A stretch of 64,000 bases of DNA, taken from a virus. The DNA is taken from IMG/VR virus record IMGVR_UViG_3300045988_177154, positions 64,001 to 128,000 of that record; one strand, 5' to 3'. Position 1 is the first letter of the stretch; every line of letters begins with the position of its first letter. The position numbers and the translations under genes are program-made. This document shows positions 32,691-38,846 of this stretch, in pieces. The notes below the pieces were generated by a model that saw nothing but the letters and a program-made list of their open reading frames with translations, was not told the origin of the DNA and searched no databases.

Positions 32691-33590
32691 ATGAATAAAA
32701 TTAAATTATTAAGTGTTTTAACTTTATCTACCGTAGTTTTGGGTGCCTGTTCTTTGTTACCTAAATCAACAGAAAATAAAACTGAAACAACTGAACAAGT
32801 AACAACTACTAGTAAAGAAGATTCAGTTAAAGAGAAAGTCACAAAGGATGCTACAGTTCTTTTAGATTCTGTCTTAACTACAGATAATGCTAAATTTAAG
32901 AAAGTTTATGGGGAAACCTATGACAAATGGACTGATGCAATTATTGCCGTTCAAACTAGTGAAAAAATTAAGGAAGATGGTCTTACTCCAGCTTCTGAAT
33001 ATTCTGTACAATGGGTAAAAGATTTTCCAATTGAAACACCAGAAGAAACAATTTCTAACTTCCTTAAAGTAAGACGAAATCTCTTTCAGAAAATTGTAAA
33101 TTACAATATTAAAGATGTTGTAATTGATGATTCGGGAAATACTGCAACTGTTACATTTACATCTAAGAAGTTACATTCTCTTGGTTTAGCCTCATCAGTA
33201 AGAACAGTTCTAACTGAACTAATTGGGGGAATTGATAACCTCGGTAAATATAACCAAGCAGGTTCTTCTGAAACCGTTAAACGTTATCAAAACTTACTTT
33301 CTTATTGGATTTTCCGTCACTTATACAAACATGACTTTGCCATTTACTCTAATGTTGATGCTAACTTATCTCATGTTCCATTTACAAAAGGTGAATTTGA
33401 CACTGAGATTAAACTCACAAAGGATAAAGATGGCAATTGGGTGATTTCTCAAGATGATTATAAGACTTTGCTATCAGAATTGGTAGATAGAACTGAAGGC
33501 TATGATACAATAGACCGTTCAGGACTTCCTAATAAGAAAGCAACTGACTCATCTGAAACATCTACAGACAAAGATAAATCAAAAATTTAA
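32691..33590 (+). CDS. lipoprotein
   Basis: 299 aa. Signal peptide with lipobox LSTVVLGAC; Ser/Thr/Lys-rich linker; AGGAG RBS. Confidence 0.75.
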   Translation: MNKIKLLSVLTLSTVVLGACSLLPKSTENKTETTEQVTTTSKEDSVKEKVTKDATVLLDSVLTTDNAKFKKVYGETYDKWTDAIIAVQTSEKIKEDGLTPASEYSVQWVKDFPIETPEETISNFLKVRRNLFQKIVNYNIKDVVIDDSGNTATVTFTSKKLHSLGLASSVRTVLTELIGGIDNLGKYNQAGSSETVKRYQNLLSYWIFRHLYKHDFAIYSNVDANLSHVPFTKGEFDTEIKLTKDKDGNWVISQDDYKTLLSELVDRTEGYDTIDRSGLPNKKATDSSETSTDKDKSKI

Positions 33591-33641
33591 TTTAAAAATT
33601 ATAGAGAGTAGAACATCTTAAAAGATGTTTCCTCTCACTTT

Positions 33642-33730
33642 GGAGCGGTACCCAAGTGGCTAAAAGGGGGCGGTCTTGAAAACCGTTAGGTCGTTAATTC
33701 GGCGCGTGGGTTCGAATCCCACCCGCTCCG
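33642..33730 (+). tRNA. tRNA-Ser (UGA)
   Basis: Acceptor GGAGCGG/CCGCTCC, loop CTTGAAA, long variable arm, T-loop TTCGAAT. Confidence 0.85.
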
Positions 33731-34577
33731 TTATATAGGAAGCTTGTAGTTGTCTGTGACCATCAAGCACAAACCGGCGTTACTCAAAAGGGAACGTTTG
33801 TAGTAATGTGAAAAGCATTACGATAGGTTTGGTACTATAATTAAATATAAATCCAAAAGTGCATTTTTCCGTTGGTTTGATGCCTGGCGTTATACAGTTC
33901 GCTTGCAGGTGTAAGAATGAACGAATGATTCAGAAAATAACTTGTTATTGGACGGAATCATCACGTTGGGAATTGAAAACTTAGTCGTGATGCTATAGTA
34001 ATATAGCTATAAAACGGATATGAATGGCTGGTTCGCTAAAGACTAGAATAGGAAATCTAAACAGTCCTTACGGTTGTGTGGTAACAGTCCACACCAATTC
34101 ATAAAGGTTATTGTCGGCCAACAATAATCGAATTGTCGCATAATAAATCTTGACTATATTAAGTTGTAGGTGGTGTCCTACTTTATGGCGGAATAAGTTC
34201 ATCGGCTTAACGCATGATAGCATGACATTCAAAAGATGTTCTGAGAGGCGATTGCTTCAAAGTGTTATCAGTACTTATATAGGTAGAGATTAGTGCAAGT
34301 CTAGGATTCTAATACAGAGAACGAATTGCATATGAGTGTAATTCCAAGCTCAAGTGTTGAATGAGGTTGATGTCATGAAAGTGACTATAAGAATTTGCTA
34401 GACAAACGCTGTAAGAAATCCTCACGCAGTAAAAGATATGGTATCTTTGATGATAAAGATATTAAATTTACTGACCAAGATGTGGTGAACCTTTGGGGTA
34501 TCAATCCTCACTTCGTGACTGAATATGGACGTTTAATTGTAGTTGTCAGTAAAAACTAAATCTGGCCCTATATTTTA
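33731..34577 (+). ncRNA. candidate giant structured ncRNA (~847 nt; GOLLD/ROOL-class candidate)
   Basis: 847 nt flanked by tRNA-Ser and tRNA-Thr with no ORF of 60 aa or more on either strand. Markedly higher GC than coding DNA. Many short complementary segments. Confidence 0.45.
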
Positions 34578-34650
34578 GCTGGAGTAGCTCAATTGGTAGA
34601 GCACCCGCCTTGTAAGCGGAAGGTTGCAGGTTCGAAGCCTGTCTCCAGCA
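34578..34650 (+). tRNA. tRNA-Thr (UGU)
   Basis: Acceptor GCTGGAG/CTCCAGC, loop CTTGTAA, T-loop TTCGAAG. Confidence 0.85.
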
Positions 34651-35040
34651 TACTCTATAATAGATGTAATTATAAGAGTTCCTGAAAAATCAATGACTCA
34701 TGTAGGTTGTCATGAATTTACATGAATAGATTTCAATGTTGGTTTATCTGTAATCCGAAGCATGAATAAAACAGATTGTGGTCTTTGCTTTACCATATTA
34801 TTGTAAAGGTCAAAGCTTATCAGAAGTAATTCTGTAAAAAGTTGTTTCGATTGGAATTAGTGACTCCAATCTTTATCCATGAAATAACAAAAAATCATAA
34901 CTATTAAAGTTATGTGGCAGTTACGTTAGAGTATTGCTTGAAGTGTTGAAAATTAGAAGTTAGTGCCGAATTTCTAATCGTACTTCATTGATAGGGTTTT
35001 CGGTGGACACCGCGGGGCATAAGAAAACCGGCCAGTGAAA
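34651..35040 (+). ncRNA. ORF-free structured spacer sharing a motif block with 34255-34330
   Basis: GCTTGAAGTGTTG..ATTAGAAGTTAGTGCCGAATTTCTAATCGTAC (34935-34990) resembles GCTTCAAAGTGTT..AGATTAGTGCAAGTCTAGGATTCTAATAC (34255-34315). Confidence 0.35.
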
Positions 35041-35125
35041 TAAATGGTGTAATTAAAGAAATTCTAAGATATGGCTTATAATTTCAAAAATTACTTAAAT
35101 TTTTTAAAAAATTTTAATTTTGATA

Positions 35126-35153
35126 TTGACAATAACTCAAATTTTGATATAAT
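35126..35153 (+). promoter_or_regulatory. internal promoter of the RNA island
   Basis: TTGACA 35126-35131, 16 nt, TGATATAAT ending at 35153; long A/T UP-like tract upstream. Confidence 0.6.
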
Positions 35154-35171
35154 AGATACATAAAAACTTAT

Positions 35172-35243
35172 AGGTTCTTAGTTTACCGAGAAAAATAAGG
35201 GTCTCCAAAACCTTAGAAATCAGTGCAAGTCTGATAGAGCCTG
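35172..35243 (+). tRNA. tRNA-Trp (CCA), non-canonical D and T loops
   Basis: Acceptor AGGTTCT/AGAGCCT, D stem GTTT/AAAT, anticodon stem-loop AGGGT-CTCCAAA-ACCTT, T arm ATCAG-TGCAAGT-CTGAT (the T-loop lacks the TTC consensus). Confidence 0.55.
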
Positions 35244-35287
35244 TTACAAATAAAAATTATTAAAAGAAAAAAGGAAGGTACGTAATC

Positions 35288-35410
35288 ATGACAACATTTA
35301 CAGTCGCACAAGATATTCATATGATTATTGATATGCAGCCGGCAGCCGGTACTGTAGTGCTTCGTCAAGCAAAAAATACCTTACAATCTAATAGTAGGAT
35401 TATAAGTTAG
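35288..35410 (+). CDS. possible 39-aa leader-type ORF
   Basis: AAGGAAGG RBS 8 nt upstream of the ATG. MTTFTVAQDIHMIIDMQPAAGTVVLRQAKNTLQSNSRIIS. Its 3' end overlaps the first copy of an 11-nt repeat that takes part in alternative hairpins. Confidence 0.3.
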   Translation: MTTFTVAQDIHMIIDMQPAAGTVVLRQAKNTLQSNSRIIS

Positions 35411-35439
35411 CATTCAGCTCAGCTTAATAAATCAAACTA

Positions 35440-35469
35440 AGATTGTAAGAAATTCCTTACAATCTTTTT
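35440..35469 (+). terminator. terminator hairpin with a competing upstream partner (attenuator-like)
   Basis: AGATTGTAAG (35440-35449) pairs with CTTACAATCT (within 35455-35465) followed by TTTTC. An identical CCTTACAATCT at 35379-35389 could pair with the same segment instead. Confidence 0.45.
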
Positions 35470-35479
35470 CTAGCTATAT

Positions 35480-35550
35480 GGGGCATTAGTTTAATGGGAA
35501 AACACTACCCTTGCAAGGTAACGTTAGGAGTTCGATTCTCCTATGCTCCA
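35480..35550 (+). tRNA. tRNA-Ala (UGC)
   Basis: Acceptor GGGGCAT/ATGCTCC with G3-U70, loop CTTGCAA, T arm AGGAG-TTCGATT-CTCCT. Confidence 0.8.
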
Positions 35551-35575
35551 TTTCCATTAAGGAAATCATCATTAA

Positions 35576-35646
35576 GTGGACATAGTATAAGGGTAGTATG
35601 ACGGGCTTCCAACCCGTTGGTGCGAGTTCGAATCTCGTTGTCCATA
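35576..35646 (+). tRNA. tRNA-Gly (UCC)
   Basis: Acceptor GTGGACA/TGTCCAT, anticodon stem-loop ACGGG-CTTCCAA-CCCGT, T-loop TTCGAAT. Confidence 0.8.
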
Positions 35647-35649
35647 TAA

Positions 35650-35720
35650 GGCGAGGTAGTGAAAAGGTATAACGTTGGGCTCATAACCCAAAATTGTCGG
35701 TTCGAATCCGACCTTCGCAA
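35650..35720 (+). tRNA. tRNA-Met (CAU), initiator-like features
   Basis: Loop CTCATAA. Three G-C pairs closing the anticodon stem (TTGGG/CCCAA). Position 1-72 unpaired (G x A). Poorly formed D stem. Confidence 0.7.
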
Positions 35721-35730
35721 TTTTAAATTA

Positions 35731-35804
35731 CTAGGTGTAGCGCAGTTTGGTAGCGCACGTGCTTTGGGAGCACGGGGCCGCAGGTTCGAATCCTGTCACC
35801 TAGA
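35731..35804 (+). tRNA. tRNA-Pro (UGG)
   Basis: Acceptor CTAGGTG/CACCTAG, anticodon stem-loop CGTGC-TTTGGGA-GCACG. Confidence 0.85.
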
Positions 35805-35845
35805 TAAAGCAATGATGAATTGCTTAAAGGAAAGGTTTTTATATT

Positions 35846-36025
35846 ATGACTAATTTGAAAAAATATATCTTATCTTTGATTATAGCATTTGTAATTACCA
35901 TTCCTATTGCAAGTGTTATTCTTACAATTATTTATGATACAGTAATCTTCTTGATTATCTCAACAATTATTTATTTTATTGTAATGACTTTAGTTATTAA
36001 AGGATTTAATTATGATAAAGATTAG
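35846..36025 (+). CDS. small membrane protein (59 aa, two hydrophobic segments) embedded in the tRNA array
   Basis: AAAGGAAAGG RBS. MTNLKKYILSLIIAFVITIPIASVILTIIYDTVIFLIISTIIYFIVMTLVIKGFNYDKD. The stop abuts tRNA-Ile. Confidence 0.5.
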   Translation: MTNLKKYILSLIIAFVITIPIASVILTIIYDTVIFLIISTIIYFIVMTLVIKGFNYDKD

Positions 36026-36096
36026 TGTCCGATGGTGAAATGGTATCACAAGCTGCTGATAACGGCTAGTTACAAGTTCAATTCTTGTTCGGACAA
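36026..36096 (+). tRNA. tRNA-Ile (GAU)
   Basis: Acceptor TGTCCGA/TCGGACA, anticodon stem-loop AGCTG-CTGATAA-CGGCT, T arm ACAAG-TTCAATT-CTTGT. Confidence 0.8.
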
Positions 36097-36107
36097 TACA
36101 ATATAAA

Positions 36108-36179
36108 TGCTTCTTAGTTTAATGGATATGACGCCGGACTACGAATCCGGAGATAAAGGTTCAATTCCTTTAGGAGCAA
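36108..36179 (+). tRNA. tRNA-Arg (ACG)
   Basis: Acceptor TGCTTCT/AGGAGCA, anticodon stem-loop CCGGA-CTACGAA-TCCGG. Confidence 0.8.
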
Positions 36180-36184
36180 TATAT

Positions 36185-36258
36185 TGGAGTATAGACAAAT
36201 TGGTAAAGTCACTGGACTTTGAATCCAGGTTTTGCTGGTTCGAATCCAGCTACTCCAG
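36185..36258 (+). tRNA. tRNA-Gln (UUG)
   Basis: Acceptor TGGAGTA/TACTCCA, anticodon stem-loop CTGGA-CTTTGAA-TCCAG. Confidence 0.85.
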
Positions 36259-36270
36259 TTAATAAAATAT

Positions 36271-36343
36271 GGCTTCGTAGCAAAGTGGTTATTGCGCTGG
36301 CTTGTCACGCCAGAGGTCGGGGGTTCGATTCCCCTCGGGGCCG
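36271..36343 (+). tRNA. tRNA-Asp (GUC)
   Basis: Acceptor GGCTTCG/CGGGGCC, anticodon stem-loop CTGGC-TTGTCAC-GCCAG. Confidence 0.85.
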
Positions 36344-36755
36344 TAACCCTGCCTAGGGGTAATACATAGTAGTAATACTATGAAAGGAAGTTTGACAAAC
36401 TTTCGCCTGTCTTATGATGGGTTAACTAGGCAATACATTTTCAAGTTGCTCAAAAGGCACATTATATAAGCATAATCAGTGAGAAACCTTGAGATAGTTT
36501 CAGGCATGGAATTGCTAACTTCTTGTGCTAGCTAATGGAAGTTAGATGTGCGAAATATAAGGAGAATGTAAGGATTAACAGTTAGAGTCTTAGCGGATAA
36601 TAGCGTAATCCATAACAATATTCATATGGTTGGCAAATCATTGTAAGTATTGTTGAATTTCAAAATCTTAGCGGATAGAGAAGTAATAAATTGGCGAGGA
36701 GCATTCCTTAGAACAAAATTTTATGGAACTCCGAGGCATAGCTCGTCAATGTCAA
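36344..36755 (+). ncRNA. ORF-free structured spacer (5' part of a possible ~836-nt RNA with a nested tRNA-like element)
   Basis: 412 nt with no ORF. Internal repeat ATCTTAGCGGATA at ~36585 and ~36665. Hairpins such as CTAACTTC...GAAGTTAG. Confidence 0.35.
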
Positions 36756-36829
36756 AGGTGATTAGCTCATTTGGTAGAGCATATATTTTGAGGAATATAG
36801 GGTAATGGGTTCGATTCCCATATTACTAA
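36756..36829 (+). tRNA. tRNA-like element with an 8-nt anticodon loop (identity undetermined)
   Basis: Canonical D arm GCTCATTTGGTAGAGC and T arm ATGGG-TTCGATT-CCCAT. Anticodon stem TATAT/ATATA encloses TTTGAGGA (8 nt). Acceptor AGGTGAT/ATTACTA is weak (1-72 mismatch, two G-U pairs). Confidence 0.5.
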
Positions 36830-37179
36830 CGAAGCGAAAGTCTATGTCAGACTTAGAAAAAAAGAGCATTAACTCCATACAGATTTATTCTGAATATGGA
36901 AACAATAGAAGCTCGCAAGCAACTATTGTTTTAATCCAATGATTTCCGCAAACTTGAGCCGTACAACTTAGGTCTAACGAAATCGGGTTGAGTATCGCTA
37001 AGTCTTAATGGTAAAAGTATCGCCAGCAGGTTTGTAACTGCGAAAGATGAATGCTTAAGAGATACGATTAGGAATAATCGTGGATAAACAACTAAACAAT
37101 AAGGTTGTTAAAGACTCTTATTTAACGCTATAATCTCAGGCCGTTAACTTCTTATAGGGGAAGAGAAATCCTATTTTAT
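36830..37179 (+). ncRNA. ORF-free structured spacer (3' part of the possible ~836-nt RNA)
   Basis: 350 nt with no ORF. GNRA-type hairpins (GCGAAAG, CTGCGAAAGATG) and several 6-9 bp complementary pairs. Confidence 0.35.
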
Positions 37180-37251
37180 GCTCTGTTAGCTCAGGGGGAG
37201 AGCACTAGTCTTACAAACTAGATGTCATTGGTTCAAATCCAATACAGAGCA
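37180..37251 (+). tRNA. tRNA-Val (UAC)
   Basis: Acceptor GCTCTGT/ACAGAGC, anticodon stem-loop CTAGT-CTTACAA-ACTAG. Confidence 0.85.
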
Positions 37252-37306
37252 TTTCCTACATAAAACGCAAAATCGTTTATTGTAGTGCTTACGATGTAAG
37301 CATCTA

Positions 37307-37389
37307 GCGCCCGTGGTGGAATGGCAGACACGCTAGGCTTAGACCCTAGTGTCCGAAAGGACGTGAGAGTTCGAGTCTCTCCGAGTGCA
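37307..37389 (+). tRNA. tRNA-Leu (UAG)
   Basis: Acceptor GCGCCCG/CGAGTGC (one C x A mismatch), anticodon stem-loop CTAGG-CTTAGAC-CCTAG, long variable arm. Confidence 0.75.
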
Positions 37390-37390
37390 T

Positions 37391-37464
37391 CTTGTCTTAG
37401 TGTTAATAGGTTAGCATATCTCACTGTGACTGAGAAGGTACGGGTTCGAGTCCCGTAGGCATGA
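37391..37464 (+). tRNA. tRNA-His (GUG)
   Basis: Acceptor CTTGTCT/AGGCATG (one U x U mismatch), anticodon stem-loop TCTCA-CTGTGAC-TGAGA, T arm ACGGG-TTCGAGT-CCCGT. No encoded G-1. Confidence 0.65.
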
Positions 37465-37515
37465 TTAGGAAAGGGAACAATAATTGTTCTCTTTATTTAT
37501 TTTTAGAGGTGTTTA

Positions 37516-37635
37516 ATGAATAAAGAACTTGATAGAATTGTTGCTAATTCACCTGATGGGTTAAAGAACAATCCAATCTTCAAAGAGTTAGTAAATGAAA
37601 TAACAAAAAATAAAGAAAAGGAGAATCAAAAGTGA
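37516..37635 (+). CDS. possible small protein (38 aa)
   Basis: AGAGG RBS. MNKELDRIVANSPDGLKNNPIFKELVNEITKNKEKENQK. The stop lies inside the following terminator. Confidence 0.35.
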   Translation: MNKELDRIVANSPDGLKNNPIFKELVNEITKNKEKENQK

Positions 37636-37647
37636 TTCTCTTTTTTT
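37621..37647 (+). terminator. rho-independent terminator ending the RNA island
   Basis: GAGAATC-AAAAGT-GATTCTC followed by TTTTTTT. Confidence 0.75.
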
Positions 37648-37651
37648 GCTA

Positions 37652-37680
37652 TTGACTAGTTATATTATTTGTTATATAAT
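37652..37680 (+). promoter_or_regulatory. sigma70-like promoter of the family B array
   Basis: TTGACT 37652-37657, 17 nt, TATAAT 37675-37680. Confidence 0.6.
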
Positions 37681-37714
37681 GGTAATAACATTTATTGAAA
37701 GGTAAAGTAATTAA

Positions 37715-38221
37715 ATGGAAAATTCAATCCTAGAAAAAGAAGATAAGTATATTAAAGATGGCTATAAACAAATCTATCCAAATGATAAAGATATTAAAGT
37801 TACTCTATTGAATGGGGTTTCAGATTGGATATGGATTTGTAGCTCTTTTCAAACCAGAAAATTATCATTAAGAGAAGCTTTCAAAAATAAGGGTAGCAAA
37901 TTTCTTGATGTTGAAGCTGATTATGAAGGCAATTCACATATTCAATTACGATTAACCAAAAACTCTCAAAAACAGATTTATAGTATTTCGGATATTTTTA
38001 TAACTAGTGATGATGAAAAGTTAATTCGCTTAACAGAAAAAACAGCTGAAGATTATGAGGGTTTTGTTCAAAAGATTGATAAAATATATTTCGATATAAA
38101 CGAAGGTCGATTACTTATTTTTCTTGATAAGAATTTTGTAAGTAAAAAAGGAGCGAAAGCTATTGCTAAGAAAGCAAAAGAAGATGAAGTCAAAAAATCA
38201 ATCTCTGAGTTATTTGAATAA
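37715..38221 (+). CDS. paralog family B protein (B1)
   Basis: 168 aa. DGYKQIYPN near the N-terminus, KIDKIYFDINEGRLLIFLDKNF, Lys-rich tail ending ELFE. Confidence 0.7.
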   Translation: MENSILEKEDKYIKDGYKQIYPNDKDIKVTLLNGVSDWIWICSSFQTRKLSLREAFKNKGSKFLDVEADYEGNSHIQLRLTKNSQKQIYSISDIFITSDDEKLIRLTEKTAEDYEGFVQKIDKIYFDINEGRLLIFLDKNFVSKKGAKAIAKKAKEDEVKKSISELFE

Positions 38222-38242
38222 AAATAGAAAGACAAATAAGAA

Positions 38243-38746
38243 ATGGAAAATGCAATACTTATAGAAGATAAACAAATAGAAAAGGGCTTTAAACAAATAT
38301 ACCCAAATAACAATGATGTGGAAATAAGTCTGAAATCGTGGCGTGATGGTTGGCCTTGGATTAGCAAAGGTTGGGAAACTAGAAGATTAACTATTTATGA
38401 AAACATTAAGGAATGGAATAAAAATTTTTTTAAAGTTGATGTTGATTATACAGATGATTACAGTGTCAAGTTGTATCTCACTAAATCTTTTCGAACTAAA
38501 ACTTATGGAGTAGATAAGATTTATATAAAAAATGGTGATGATGAGCCCCTGTGTTTAACTAAAGTAAATTCAAAAGATTACAAAATCATAGCAAAGAAAA
38601 TAGATAAAATATATTTCAATATAAATGAACATAGTTTACTTATTCTTACTGATAAGAATTTTATCAGCAAAAAAGAGAAAAAACTCTTAAAAGAAAAATC
38701 AATAACGGAAGCCGCTAACAATTCAATTGAAGAATTATTCAACTAA
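38243..38746 (+). CDS. paralog family B protein (B2)
   Basis: 167 aa. KGFKQIYPN, KIDKIYFNINEHSLLILTDKNF, tail ending ELFN. Confidence 0.7.
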   Translation: MENAILIEDKQIEKGFKQIYPNNNDVEISLKSWRDGWPWISKGWETRRLTIYENIKEWNKNFFKVDVDYTDDYSVKLYLTKSFRTKTYGVDKIYIKNGDDEPLCLTKVNSKDYKIIAKKIDKIYFNINEHSLLILTDKNFISKKEKKLLKEKSITEAANNSIEELFN

Positions 38747-38785
38747 AGAAAGCTTAAAACTTTCTTTTTTATTTTTATTTTGTTG

Positions 38786-38814
38786 TTGACAAAGGGTAAA
38801 ATCTATTGTATAAT
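38786..38814 (+). promoter_or_regulatory. sigma70-like promoter
   Basis: TTGACA 38786-38791, 17 nt, TATAAT 38809-38814. Confidence 0.6.
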
Positions 38815-38846
38815 AAATTTAGAAATTAAGGAAAAGGTGATAAACA

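Noticed and set aside
33731-34577. Group I or group II intron, or a degraded protein gene, as an explanation for the 847-nt gap
   Set aside because: It does not interrupt any recognisable gene or tRNA. I could find no group II domain V-like hairpin and no intron-encoded ORF. No residual long reading frame or paralog similarity suggests a pseudogene. It is therefore retained as a candidate ncRNA.
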